Source: an uncultured Acidobacteriota bacterium (lineage in GTDB: Bacteria > Acidobacteriota > UBA6911). Taken from it: a stretch of 64,000 bases of DNA. A program made the position numbers and the translations under genes. Positions 41,802 through 53,397 of this stretch are shown here, in pieces. The notes below the pieces were generated by a model. That model saw only the letters and a program-made list of their open reading frames with translations, was not told the origin of the DNA and made no database searches. Position 1 is the first letter of the stretch. Each line of letters starts with the position of its first letter. Location of the stretch: the NCBI GenBank assembly GCA_963827655.1, contig CAWHCF010000049.1:418682-482681 (forward strand), given 5' to 3'.

Positions 41802-42884
41802 ATGCCAGTAACCATCTACGAACATGCAGATTTTCAAGGGCGTTCTCAGGTATTGCCCAAAGGGCAGTACGATAATGCCCTCGGTCAAATCACCATTGGG
41901 AATGACACCCTCAGTTCCATCAAGGTAGCTCCGGGGTTAGTGGCCAGGCTCTACGAGCACTGGCTCTTCCGCGGAGAGTTCATAGACATCCGGGCAAATA
42001 CCCCAGCCATCACTCTGCCCTGGAATGATCGAGTCTCTTCCATCGTCGTCTATGACGAAGGCCAACAACCGACCATCAAACCGTATGGTCCGTTGGTTGG
42101 CGTCAATAGTCTCGACGCAAACAGTGGCGGCGGGATTGGCGTGTACGCTGAAAGCCAGGTGAACGGTCTCCAGGCGGAGGGAGGCGCCAATGGCGTATAC
42201 GCAAAGGGCAAGAGCTGGTGTGGCGTTATAGGTATTAGCGAAAGTACGACCGGTGGATTTGGCGTTTATGGCGCGAATACCACAGGTGGTACCGGTGTAG
42301 TTGGGGAAAGTAAAGGATGGATAGGTGTCTATGGAAAAAGCGAAAGCGCAACGGGTGGCGCCGGCGTGATGGGCGAGGCGGTTGGTCAGGGCGCAGTTGG
42401 GGTCTATGGCAAAGGACGTGTTGCTGGACGCTTTGAGGGCGATGTCGAAGTTACCGGCGACATCCGACTGCTCAACGCCGATTGCGCCGAAGATTTCGAC
42501 ATCTGCGAAACGGAGCAGATTGAACCCGGAATGGTGATGGCGCTGGGCGAAGATGGGAAATTGCGGCAAAGTCAACAAGCTTACGACAAGCGCGTCGCCG
42601 GCGTGGTCTCCGGCGCGGGCGATTACAAGCCGGGAATCGTGCTCGATCAGCAGCCATCCACAGGCCTCCGCCTACCGATCGCATTGCTCGGCAAGGTTTA
42701 CTGCAAAACGGATGCGAGCTATGGGGAGATCAGGATCGGTGATCTGCTGACGACTTCGCCAACCCCAGGGCACGCTATGAAAGCGGATGATCCGGCGCAG
42801 GCGTTTGGGGCGGTGATCGGGAAAGCGCTACGACCTCTTAAGGAAGGCCAGGGGCTGATTCCCGTGCTTATCGCCTTGCAGTAA
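41802..42884 (+). CDS. Beta/gamma-crystallin domain + GVYG repeats + fibre-like C-terminal domain
   Basis: VTIYEHADFQG, NDTLSSIKV, WNDRVSSI; GVxG repeats; ADCAEDF...VAGVVSG...GDLLTTS..PGHAMKA. Confidence 0.7.
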   Translation: MPVTIYEHADFQGRSQVLPKGQYDNALGQITIGNDTLSSIKVAPGLVARLYEHWLFRGEFIDIRANTPAITLPWNDRVSSIVVYDEGQQPTIKPYGPLVGVNSLDANSGGGIGVYAESQVNGLQAEGGANGVYAKGKSWCGVIGISESTTGGFGVYGANTTGGTGVVGESKGWIGVYGKSESATGGAGVMGEAVGQGAVGVYGKGRVAGRFEGDVEVTGDIRLLNADCAEDFDICETEQIEPGMVMALGEDGKLRQSQQAYDKRVAGVVSGAGDYKPGIVLDQQPSTGLRLPIALLGKVYCKTDASYGEIRIGDLLTTSPTPGHAMKADDPAQAFGAVIGKALRPLKEGQGLIPVLIALQ

Positions 42885-42911
42885 CCAAACCTGGATGAAG
42901 GGAGAATCATC

Positions 42912-45197
42912 ATGATCAGCGTCAGCGTCCGTAACGTCCTGAACCTGGTAGGGCAATCAGCCAGCATCCGACAGGTTGTGCGCCAACACAATTTGCCATT
43001 CCCCAGATGGTCGTACCCGCTCTCGTTGCGCAAGTTCGTTGGCGCGCTTCCGCCGGGCCGGATTCTGCGGAAAGTGATCCCGCTGGATTTATTGCAGCGC
43101 AAGTTTGACGAGTTTTTCAACAACCGGCCCAGGCCGCTGTTCAAATTCAAACTCCACGGCGATGAATGGGGGAAAGGCGAGTTCACCATTCTGTTTGACT
43201 ATCCGGTAGAGGGGTATAAGCCCTACCGCGATCCCACGCCTCTTGAGTCTCTATGGCTCGATGTGCAATGGCCCCTTCCCAATACCAGCTACCGCTTCAA
43301 TGATCTGAACACTGACCGGATCACCGCGAATGTCATTCCCGGGCAACCGGTGGGCATCGAGCTGCGGGTCTATTTCGAGACGGAGGGAGAGGAACTCAAA
43401 TTAGAACAATATCCCAACGTCGACTTCGACGGGCTCAATATCAAGCTGAAGGTGGAGTTTGGCGTTCACAACGGGGCCATAGACCTGTTCAGTTGGATGG
43501 AGGCGGTAGACGCGGCAACGGCAGCCGCAGTGGTCACGCCGGTCGGCAATAACCTTCTGCGTCTCAGCGTGAATTTCAGGGGGAAGATGTTTGAGGCCAC
43601 CGGCTATCCGCTGCCGTTGGTCAAGAACCTGCTCAGGGAGAAACTGAACAAGGAATTTATTCTCGCCGATGCGTCGGTGAACGTTGATGTGCTGCCTGAT
43701 GGCTGGGTCGCGCGTAAGATTGAGGGCACGGTAAATTCAAAAATATTTGAGGCGTTGACGAAAGAACCCGAACCCGGGGAACAAAGCGTCCGCGACTCTC
43801 TTAAGCAGAAAGTGACCACGTGGCTGGTGGGCGGCGCGTTCCATATCATTGGAGTCGCCAGTGATGGGCAGGCGCTGACGATTGATTACGTCTTGCCGTT
43901 AGGCCAGCTCGAACCTTTCCCCGAAAATCCGCAGCCGCCGCTTGATCCGGGACGACTTGCCAACATAGACCACATCGTGGTGCTGATGATGGAGAACCGT
44001 TCGTTCGACCACATGCTCGGTTACCTGAGCAAGCACGGCGGGCGAAACGACATCGATGGACTGCGTGGCGGCGAGAAGAATCCTTACAAGGGATTGGACT
44101 ACCTTTCTTCCCCGCTGCCTGGCACAGTGTTTCTGTACGGTCCCTGTCACGGACACGAGTGTGTCACAAATCAGGTGAATGGGGGCAAGATGGATGGCTT
44201 TGTGACGGATTTCGCTCCGCGCGCCGAAGAAAAAGGCATTAGTCCCGGCGAGGTGATGGGCTATTACAATGCCGCCCAGGTACCGGTCTACGATAGTTTG
44301 GCGCGTGAGTTCCTGATCTGCCAGCGCTGGTTCGCTGCGCATCCGGGGCCGACCTTCCCCAACCGTCATTACACCTTGACTGGCCGGCTCAATCGCGACT
44401 CGTATGGCCGCTGGGAATTCGACAATCCCCACGGCAGCGATTTCACGCCGGTCGCCGCCAAAAACATCTTTGACCACTTGACCGCTCAGGGCGTCTCCTG
44501 GCGCTTCTACGAGCACGGCGGCTACTGCTCCCTGCGCTTGTTCGAGCGGTACACCTTCGACACAGTGAATATCGTTGACGCTGGCATAGATGCTCAAAAC
44601 TTCGTCGCGAGCGCGCTGGCCGGAACGCTCCCATCGGTGACGTTTATTGACCCTGACTTCATTAACGTTCCAACCGGCAACGACGACCAGCCGCCAGCGG
44701 ACATTGCGCATGGACAGCGCCTGATCGGAAGAGTGGTGGACGCGCTGGTTAATAGCCCGCGCTGGAACAAGACGCTGCTGATAATTACTTATGATGAGCA
44801 CGGTGGCTTCTTCGATCACGTGCCGCCGCCGCAAGCGCCTGCCGTGTCGGGTATTGATCGTTACGGCACGCGGCTGCCCGCGTTCGTCATTTCCCCTTGG
44901 GTGGAACGCGGCAAGGCGACCGACGTTGTGTTCGATCACACCTCGATCCTCAAAACCATCATCCGCCGTTTCCTCAGCGTCCGCCCGCCCGATTTGGGCG
45001 AGCGCGTAGCCGCTGCCAATGATCTGTCAATGGTGTTGCGGCCAACTGCGCGCTCCGATAAGCCGCGCATCCCTGTGCCACCCGCGCCCCCGCCCAGCCC
45101 CGCCCTAGCCAGGCTCGCAGAAATGCCGACAGAAGGCGATAGGGATTTCAGGGCGCTGCTGCGCTCGGTGCGCTCCCGTTATCCCATTCGCAGATAG
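42912..45197 (+). CDS. Phosphoesterase / phospholipase C family protein with unrecognised N-terminal ~345 aa
   Basis: IDHIVVLMMENRSFDHMLG, PGPTFPNR, TYDEHGGFFDHVPPP, FDHTSI. Confidence 0.88.
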   Translation: MISVSVRNVLNLVGQSASIRQVVRQHNLPFPRWSYPLSLRKFVGALPPGRILRKVIPLDLLQRKFDEFFNNRPRPLFKFKLHGDEWGKGEFTILFDYPVEGYKPYRDPTPLESLWLDVQWPLPNTSYRFNDLNTDRITANVIPGQPVGIELRVYFETEGEELKLEQYPNVDFDGLNIKLKVEFGVHNGAIDLFSWMEAVDAATAAAVVTPVGNNLLRLSVNFRGKMFEATGYPLPLVKNLLREKLNKEFILADASVNVDVLPDGWVARKIEGTVNSKIFEALTKEPEPGEQSVRDSLKQKVTTWLVGGAFHIIGVASDGQALTIDYVLPLGQLEPFPENPQPPLDPGRLANIDHIVVLMMENRSFDHMLGYLSKHGGRNDIDGLRGGEKNPYKGLDYLSSPLPGTVFLYGPCHGHECVTNQVNGGKMDGFVTDFAPRAEEKGISPGEVMGYYNAAQVPVYDSLAREFLICQRWFAAHPGPTFPNRHYTLTGRLNRDSYGRWEFDNPHGSDFTPVAAKNIFDHLTAQGVSWRFYEHGGYCSLRLFERYTFDTVNIVDAGIDAQNFVASALAGTLPSVTFIDPDFINVPTGNDDQPPADIAHGQRLIGRVVDALVNSPRWNKTLLIITYDEHGGFFDHVPPPQAPAVSGIDRYGTRLPAFVISPWVERGKATDVVFDHTSILKTIIRRFLSVRPPDLGERVAAANDLSMVLRPTARSDKPRIPVPPAPPPSPALARLAEMPTEGDRDFRALLRSVRSRYPIRR

Positions 45198-45220
45198 ATC
45201 GGACGCGCGACGAACTCACG

Positions 45221-45348
45221 GCATAACATGGTCAGGGCGATCTCTCTGATGCGGCCAAACGCCTGGATGGGGCGGCGGGCAAGTTACGGGCAAAGTCGGC
45301 TAATCCGATATGGTAGAATCTGCCGGCAACTGATTGATTCTACAGTGT
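45221..45348 (+). pseudogene. 3' tip of a tyrosine integrase gene, arm repeats and extended -10-like motif
   Basis: HNMV../GDLSDAAKRLDGAAGK; GGGCAAGTTACGGGCAAAGTC; TGGTAGAAT; homologous to 58975-59103. Confidence 0.7.
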
Positions 45349-45518
45349 GCGCCTGTAGCTCAGTTGGATAGAGCAACGGTTTCCTAAACGGATCTCCTAA
45401 AATCCAAGCCCTTGGAAATCAAGTATTTTCAAGGGCTTAATTTTTTCTTGCTTTGGGTTTCGTTGGGTAAAATTGGGTATCTTTTGTTGCCCGCGGGCAA
45501 AGTCTGGGCAAAGTCAAA
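45349..45518 (+). repeat. att-like copy C: 5' half of tRNA-Arg(CCT) plus full arm sequence
   Basis: GCGCCTGTAGCTCAGTTGGATAGAGCAACGGTTTCCTAAAC then ~130 bp closely similar to copy B. Confidence 0.9.
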
Positions 45519-45769
45519 CGCCGATCAGCGACCGACACCTGATTCAAATTCTGGCGCCAGACGCGAGATTGAGTTAAGCCTCGAAGAGCCTTTAGGAAGG
45601 AACCACCTTTCCTCCTAAACAAGTTTGGCTTACGAGAGAAGATTCGATACCGGACAGCCGATGTCTGTTCTCTTCTCGGCATAAGTTCGGGTTTGCTTCG
45701 GTGGCGTTTTCTCAGGGGCAAATATGCTGAAGCATATTAGGTCATGTCGTCGGCAAGGCTGTGAGGCAC

Positions 45770-45920
45770 TCCTTTGGGAAAACCATCGCGGATCTTCCAC
45801 GACGTGTGCGCGTACTTGGCTGACGTCCAGCGCCGGATCCAACGCGAACGCACAATGGCGCCATGCCAGCAGCATCCAAGCCAGTACAAAGACCAGGCGC
45901 GACGATGTCTCGACCTCGTC
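45770..45920 (-). pseudogene. N-terminal fragment of a propeller-type two-component sensor
   Basis: LAWMLLAWRHCAFALDPALDVSQ/AHTSWKIRDGFPK. Confidence 0.55.
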
Positions 45921-46136
45921 CGAACGCTCTCTCCCTAGCGCGCACATCTTACCACGGGGCGCCTGCGTTCATCTTTCGGCCTAAACGTACGCTGGAGTGC
46001 TGGGCCAAGCTCATTCGTCCAGTGTCGCGGACGAAAACAGAGATGAGGTATTTGTCCCATCACCCTATTGAGGATGTTGACCGACGTAGAGCCCAGGAGT
46101 AACCTCCCGTTTAGCCCGTGGCACCGAGGTTGACTT

Positions 46137-46907
46137 ATGTGCCGAGTTCCCGCATTCGCGTTCCTCCTCCTTCTTTCGTGCACGTCTGTTCTTCGCGCCC
46201 AATCCACAAATGCCTCGCTCACGGGTTGCATAACTGATCCCGCGAAAGCCCTGATTGTTGATGCCAAAGTCGCCGCTACCAGCATCGATACAAATGTCCG
46301 TTACAAAACCACGACCAGCGTCACAGGCGAATACCACCTGGCGAACCTCCCCCCAAGCCTCTATCGAATCGAAATCGAAAAATCCGGCTTCAAAAAGTTA
46401 ATCAAGCCGGATGTGATCCTTCACGTTCAGGATGCGCTCGAAATCGACTTCGAGATGACGCTCGGTCCAGTGTCCGAAACCATCATGGTGGAAGCGGGCG
46501 CGCCGCTGGTGAATACGGAGTCGGGGACGGTCAGCACGGTGATCGACCGCACCTTCATCGAGAATCTTCCTCTCAATGGCCGGAGTTTCCAGACGGTGAT
46601 CACGCTCACGCCGGGTGTGGTCGTGATCGCCAAAAGGTTCGACGACCAGGGACAATTCAGCGTGAATGGACAACGCGCGGATGCGAACTACTTCACCGTA
46701 GATGGGGTCAGCGCCAATTTCGGCGTAACCGGATTACTTCAATTGGTGCAGACCGCTGGCGGAGCGCTGCCCGCCCTCAGCGCTTCGGGCGGGACAAACA
46801 GCCTGGTGTCGGCGGATGCCATGCAGGAGTGGGACTACGGCGAATCCGAAGGGACGAACTGCACAACCAGCTTTGAGGGTTGCCAGAAGACGGGAAACAC
46901 TCGGTAA
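46137..46907 (+). pseudogene. Truncated TonB-dependent receptor (N-terminal quarter)
   Basis: ASLTGCITDP, LPLNGRSFQ, GQFSVNGQR, SLVSADAMQE then unrelated sequence. Confidence 0.8.
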
Positions 46908-46982
46908 GCTCGTTGGGCCGTGTGCAACACACAGTTCAACGAACAACTTGATCCGCCGCTACCGAAATATGAAGGAAGGAGC

Positions 46983-47918
46983 ATGATGAAAACGATCGGC
47001 TATGACAAACCACTTTACGTTCTGCCCTTCGACCATCGAGGCTCATTCGAGACCAAGATGTTCGGCTGGCATGGAGATTTGACCGCCACACAAACAGCCG
47101 AAATCGCCGCCGCCAAGGAGGTGATCTATGACGGCTTCAAGGCTGCGGTCGAAGCCGGTGTACCCAAGGAGAAGGCCGGCATCCTGGTGGACGAGCAATT
47201 CGGCGCCGGCATCCTTCGCGATGCGGCGGCACAGGGGTACGCGATTGCATGCCCGGCCGAGAAGAGCGGGCAGGAAGAGTTCGACTTCGATTACGGCGAG
47301 GACTTCGCCAACCATATCGAGGCCTTCCATCCGACCTTCTGCAAGGTGCTGGTGCGTTATAACCCCGATGGTGATGCAGTCATGAACCGGAGGCAGGCGG
47401 CACGCCTAAAACGATTGTCTGATTACCTGCACAGCAAGGGACAGAGCCGATTCATGTTCGAACTGCTGGTGCCGGCAGAAAAGTCACAGCTCGAACTGGT
47501 CAAGGGAGAGAAGAAGGCGTACGACCTGGAGCTTCGCCCCAAGTTGATGGTGCAGGCGATGCTGCAGCTTCAGGACGCGGGCGTCGAGCCGGATGTTTGG
47601 AAGATCGAAGGACTAGATCGCCGCCAGGAATGCGAGAAGATCGTGGCTGCCGCGCACCGCGCAGGTCGTGACCAGGTAGGCTGCATTGTTCTAGGCCGCG
47701 GTGAAGATGAAGAGAAGGTGCGCGAATGGCTGACGACGGCAGCCGGAGTTTCGGGGTTCATTGGTTTCGCCGTGGGCCGGACGGACTTCTGGCAACCACT
47801 TGTCGACTTTAGGGCGAAGAAGATCACACGCGAAGCCGCGGTCGCCGAGATTGCCGGCCGCTATCGGAAGTTTGTGGACGTTTTTGAGAACGCTCGCGTC
47901 GGGATCAGCGCTGCGTGA
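46983..47918 (+). CDS. DUF2090 / IolC-associated aldolase-like protein
   Basis: LPFDHRGSF, GILVDEQFG, KVLVRYNP, PDVWKIEG, GFAVGRT. Confidence 0.85.
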   Translation: MMKTIGYDKPLYVLPFDHRGSFETKMFGWHGDLTATQTAEIAAAKEVIYDGFKAAVEAGVPKEKAGILVDEQFGAGILRDAAAQGYAIACPAEKSGQEEFDFDYGEDFANHIEAFHPTFCKVLVRYNPDGDAVMNRRQAARLKRLSDYLHSKGQSRFMFELLVPAEKSQLELVKGEKKAYDLELRPKLMVQAMLQLQDAGVEPDVWKIEGLDRRQECEKIVAAAHRAGRDQVGCIVLGRGEDEEKVREWLTTAAGVSGFIGFAVGRTDFWQPLVDFRAKKITREAAVAEIAGRYRKFVDVFENARVGISAA

Positions 47919-47985
47919 CGCGATCACTTGCGGCGCGCACTAACGCTTAGAAAATGGACAACGATTGTTTCAACAAGGAGGGCTT

Positions 47986-49010
47986 ATGCAACTTGGAATG
48001 ATAGGGCTTGGCAGGATGGGCGCCAACATGGTGCGGCGCTTGATCAAGAATGGTCACACTTGCGTGGTGTTTGATCGGTCGCCGGAAACCGTGAGCAAGC
48101 TTGTACAAGAGAAGGCGGCGGGAGCCGCCTCACTCGCGGACCTGGTAAAGAGGCTCGAGAAGCCGCGGGTGGTCTGGCTGATGGTTCCCGCGGCAGTCGT
48201 GGACGAGACCATTAATGATCTTCTGCCGCTGCTCGATGCAGGGGACATTCTGATTGACGGCGGGAATTCTTACTACGTAGACGACATCCGACGCGCAAAG
48301 GAACTGGCGCCGAAACATATCCATTACGTTGACGTTGGCACGAGCGGTGGCGTGTGGGGACTGGAGCGAGGCTACTGCATGATGATTGGCGGCGAGACGG
48401 ATATGGTTAAACATCTCGATCCGATCTTCGCGACGCTGGCGCCGGGCGCAGGTGACATCCCGCGCACGCCGGGACGCGAAAAGACTGAGGGGACTGCCGA
48501 TCAGGGCTACCTGCACTGCGGTCCGAGCGGGGCCGGCCATTTTGTGAAGATGGTGCATAACGGAATCGAGTACGGAATTATGGCTGCATACGCCGAAGGG
48601 TTGGGCGTGCTGCGCTCCGCCAATGTCGGCAAGCAGAAGCATGGAATTGACGCCGAGACGACGCCACTTGCGCGATCCCGAGCATTATCGGTACGACCTC
48701 AATCTATCTGACATCGCCGAGGTATGGCGGCGTGGCAGCGTGATCGCATCGTGGTTGCTGGATCTCACTGCGACAGCTCTGCATGAAGATCCGACTCTTT
48801 CGAATTTCGCGGGCCGTGTGTCCGACTCCGGCGAGGGCCGCTGGACGATTAAGGCCGCGATTGATGAGGCGGTGCCGGTCCCGGTTCTAACTTCGGCTTT
48901 ATTCGAGCGATTCGAGTCTCGAGGCGAAGCGGGCTTTGTGGACAAACTGCTTGTCCGCCATGCGCTATCAATTCGGTGGACACCTGGAGAAGGCAGCCGA
49001 AAAGTCATAG
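47986..49010 (+). CDS. gnd: 6-phosphogluconate dehydrogenase, short decarboxylating type (frameshifts near 48670 and 48950)
   Basis: [44 protein letters not shown]. Confidence 0.9.
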
Positions 49011-49027
49011 GCCGCAAGGAGGTACGC

Positions 49028-50433
49028 ATGAGGAATCTACCATCGGACGCGCTGGTCTTCTTCGGCGCGACAGGCGATCTGGCCTACAAGAAGATTTTCC
49101 CAGCGCTGCAAGGCATGGTGAAGCGTGGGCATCTGAATGTGCCAGTGATCGGCGTGGCCAAATCCGGCTGGAATCTGGAACAGTTCCGAGCGCGGGCGCA
49201 GGACAGCCTTGAAAAACACGGCGGGGTCGATCCTGCTGCTTTCGAAAAATTGTGCGGTTTACTGCGCTACGTGGATGGTGATTACCAGGACCGGGCGACT
49301 TTCGAGGCGCTCCGAAAAGAACTGGACGGGGCCGAGCGGCCGGCACACTATCTGGCGATCCCGCCGCTTCTATTCGGAGCGGTCGTGGAACAGCTGGCGA
49401 AATCGGGCTGCACCAAAGGAGCCCGTGTCATCGTCGAAAAACCCTTCGGACATGATCTTGAATCCGCACGGGAACTGAACCAGATTCTGCTTGGCGCCTT
49501 CGCACGAAGCAAATATCTTTCGCATCGACCACTATCTAGGGAAGCGGCCGGTGAACAATCTGCTGGTGTTTCGCTTCGCGAATACATTTGTCGAGTCGTT
49601 CTGGAACCGCAATTACATCGAGAGCGTGCAGATCACGATGGCCGAGGATTTCGGCGTCCAGGGCCGGGGAGCTTTCTACGATAAGACCGGCGCCATGCGC
49701 GACGTGATTCAGAATCATCTGTTTCAGGTTCTCTCGAGTCTGGCGATGGAGCCGCCAGCCAGAATCGACAGCGAAGCCATCCGCGACGAAAAGGTTAAGG
49801 TGCTGAAAGCGATTCCGCCTATAGCGGAGAAAGACCTGGTCCGCGGTCAATTCCGCGGCTACCGCAACGAGAATGGCGTGGCGAAGGACTCGCAGGTGGA
49901 AACCTTTGCCGCGTTGAAGCTCGAGATCAATTCCTGGCGCTGGCAAGGGGTCCCTTTCTACATTCGGGCCGGGAAATGCCTGCCGGTAACCTGCACTGAA
50001 ATTGTCGGCCAGTTTCGCAAGCCTCCATCACTGGTCCCTGCCGAGGTCCTGAAGGAGAACCACCTGCGGCTCCGCCTCAATCCCGACGTGACGATCGCTA
50101 TGGGAATGATGGTGATGACTCCGGGCGAGGAGGTGCACGGCCAGCCAGTGGAAATGCTGGCGAGCCGTTCGCCGCGCGCCGGCGACATGGACGCTTACGA
50201 ACGGGTTCTGGGAGCCGCGATGGAAGGGGACGCCACTACTGTTTGCCCGGGAGGATTACGTCGAAGAGGCGTGGCGCGTTGTTGATCCGGTGCTGAAAAC
50301 GGGGACACCGGTCTACGAATACGAAACGAATACGTGGGGGCCGAGCGAGGTGGGGCGAGTGACTCCGGCGGGAGGCTGGAGCAATCCGACAACCGGCGGA
50401 GAAACGGTTGCTGTCGCCGGCCATGCCGCGTGA
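49028..50433 (+). CDS. zwf: Glucose-6-phosphate dehydrogenase (frameshifts near 49495 and 50240)
   Basis: [37 protein letters not shown]. Confidence 0.9.
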
Positions 50434-50466
50434 GAAGTAGTTGTATCAGTCAGGGTTGGAGAAATT

Positions 50467-51180
50467 GTGATGAGAGTTGAAGTATTTGCCGATGCCGGCT
50501 CGGTTGCTCGAGAGGCTGCCGCCATTGTGGCTGCTGAGGCCAGAGCGGCGATCGCTGCGCGTGGCGGCTTCGTCATCGCCGTGAGCGGCGGACGCACGCC
50601 ATGGCTTATGCTTCGTGCTCTAGCAAGTGAAGACCTCCCTTGGGACGCTGTGCATGTCGTGCAGGTTGATGAGCGAGTCGCGCCCGCCGGGGATCCTGAT
50701 AGAAACCTGACACACTTGCGTGAAAGCCTGCTGGGACACGCTTCGTTGCGACCTGAGCAGATTCACGCCATGCCGGTGGAAGCGCCCGACCTGGACGAAG
50801 CAGCCGCCCAATACGCAGTGGCTCTCCAGCAGATCGCGGGTTCACCACCTGTGCTGGATCTCGTTCACCTGGGCCTCGGACCTGACGGGCATACTGCTTC
50901 CCTGGTACCCGGAGATCCGGTCTTGCACGTCGATGAGGCGGACGTCGCACTCACGGCGGTTTATCAGGGAAGACGCCGGATGACGTTGACCTATCCGATT
51001 CTCAATCGGTCCCGCCGTGTACTGTGGCTCGTAACCGGTCATGACAAAGCTGAAATGTTCGGGCGCCTCTACGCCGGAGATACTTCGATTCCGGCCGGAC
51101 GGGTTTGCCGCGACCGTGCCTTGATACTCGCGGATCGCGCAGCGGCGGGCCGAGAGTACAGCGTTCAAACAAAGGAGTGA
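50467..51180 (+). CDS. pgl: 6-phosphogluconolactonase
   Basis: SGGRTP, DER, LGLGPDGHTASL, RMTLT. Confidence 0.92.
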   Translation: MMRVEVFADAGSVAREAAAIVAAEARAAIAARGGFVIAVSGGRTPWLMLRALASEDLPWDAVHVVQVDERVAPAGDPDRNLTHLRESLLGHASLRPEQIHAMPVEAPDLDEAAAQYAVALQQIAGSPPVLDLVHLGLGPDGHTASLVPGDPVLHVDEADVALTAVYQGRRRMTLTYPILNRSRRVLWLVTGHDKAEMFGRLYAGDTSIPAGRVCRDRALILADRAAAGREYSVQTKE

Positions 51181-51295
51181 ATGTGCGAGGCCGAGTTCAG
51201 TCAGGCCGAACGCCACCTGCGCCGCCTGGGCAAAGTCGCTTCACTGGAGAAGCAAGTCACTAGCAACAGTACCAGAGTATAACGAGGAAATAACC

Positions 51296-53378
51296 ATGAG
51301 CGCCGCGCAAGTCATTGACGCTTTGGCCGAAACGAAACTTGATCAACTTTGCATCAACACCATTCGCACGCTTTCGATCGATGCCGTGCAGCAGGCCAAA
51401 TCCGGACATCCCGGCACGCCGATGGCGCTGGCGCCGTTGGTCTACACGATCTGGAATCGGGTTCTGCGCTTCGATCCTCAAGAATCCGATCTGGCCCAAT
51501 CGGGATCGCTTTGTCCTGTCGAACGGCCATGCTTCGATGTTGCTCTGGTCGGCGCTTCATCTCAGCGGCACGCGGGCCGTCAACGCCGATTATGAAAGGC
51601 TTGGTGCAGCCCTCGGTGACGCTCGACGACATCCGGCGGTTCCGCCAGCTCGACAGTAAGGCGCCCGGTCACCCTGAGTACCATTGGGTGTCGGGCGTTG
51701 AGACGACGACGGGTCCCCTGGGGCAGGGCGTCGCCACGAGCGTCGGCATGGCCATCGCCGAGAAGTGGCTCACCAGCCGCTTCAACCGACCCGGCTTCGA
51801 GATCTTCGACTACAACATCTATGCCGTTTGCGGAGATGGCTGTTAATGGAGGGCGTTGCGTCTGAAGCGGCATCGCTGGCTGGTCATCTTGGGCTCGACA
51901 ATCTATGCTGGGTCTACGACAACAACCACATCACGATCGAGGGGAACACGCGTCTGGCGTTCACTGAGGATGTCGTGGCTCGCTTCCTGGCCTATGGTTG
52001 GAACGTCCTGCGGATCGGCGACGCGAACGATCGTGAGCGCATCGCGCAGGCGCTGGACATCTTCCGAAAGACGAAGGGGCGCCCACGTTCATCATTCTGG
52101 ACAGCCACATCGGGTACGGTTCGCCGCACAAGCAGGACACCGCAGCAGCTCATGGCGAGCCGCTCGGCGACGATGAGGTCCGGCTCACGAAACGCAGCTA
52201 CGAGTGGCCTGAGGATGAAAAATTTCTTGTTCCGGATGGAGTGTACGAGCACTTCGCGGCCGGCGTTGGCGCACGCGGCGCGAATTTGCGGCGTGAATGG
52301 ACGGGGCTGTTCGAAGCCTATAGAGCCAAGCACCCCGAACTGGCAAACGAGATCGAACTGATGGAGCGGCGGGAGCTCCCGATCGAGTGGGATCGCAACT
52401 TGCCTGTTTTTCCGCCCGATGCAAAGGGAATCGCTGGGCGGGACGCGTCGGGAAAGGCATTGAACGTGCTCGCACAAAATATCCCGTGGTTCCTCGGCGG
52501 CTCTGCGGATCTCGGGCCATCGAACAAGACCACCCTGAAGTTCGCCGGCGCGGGAGATTTCCAGGCTGAGAGCCCCAGCGGGAAGAACCTGCATTTCGGT
52601 ATTCGCGAGCACGCGATGGCCGCGATTGTGAACGGCCTCTCGTTGTCCAAACTCCGGGCTTTCGGCGCAAGCTTCTTCATCTTCAGCGACTACGCGCGCC
52701 CTGCGATTCGGCTCGCGGCGCTGATGGAGCTGCCCGCTATTTTCGTCTTTACGCACGACGCTATGGGCGACGGAGAAGACGGTCCCACTCACCAACCGGT
52801 CGAGCACCTTGCTTCGATGCGCGCGATACCCGGGCTGATCACATTGCGGCCCGGCGACGCCAACGAGGTAGTCGAGGCTTACCGCTACGTCATGCAATTA
52901 CGCCATCAGCCCGCGGCGTTGGCATTGTCGCGCCAACCGCTGCCGACGCTGGATCGCGGCAAATACGCGCCGGCGTCAGGGGTCGCGCACGGCGCCTATG
53001 TGCTCGCCGACGCTCCCGGCGGAGACCCCGAAGTGATCTCATCGCCTCGGGCAGCGAAGTCATCCTGGCGGTCGAGGCCCACGATAAGCTGCTCGCCGAA
53101 GGCATCCGTTCGCGGGTAGTGTCTATGCCTCCTGGGAGATTTTCGATCACCAGACCGAGGAGTACCGGGACAGCGTGCTGCCACCGAACGTAAAGGCGCG
53201 CGTCGCCGTGGAGCAGGCCTCCACTTTGGGATGGGAGCGATACGTTGGCCCCTCTGGTCACGTCATCGGCATGAAGACGTTCGGGGCTTCGGCGCCGCTC
53301 AAGGAATTGCAGCGGAAGTTCGGGTTCGAACCGGACCAGGTGGTTGCGGCCGCAAAGAAGCAATTGGACAGGAAATGA
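51296..53378 (+). CDS. tkt: Transketolase (multiple frameshifts)
   Basis: [56 protein letters not shown] spread over several frames. Confidence 0.9.
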
Positions 53379-53397
53379 GTCGCCTAAGGATCGTACT

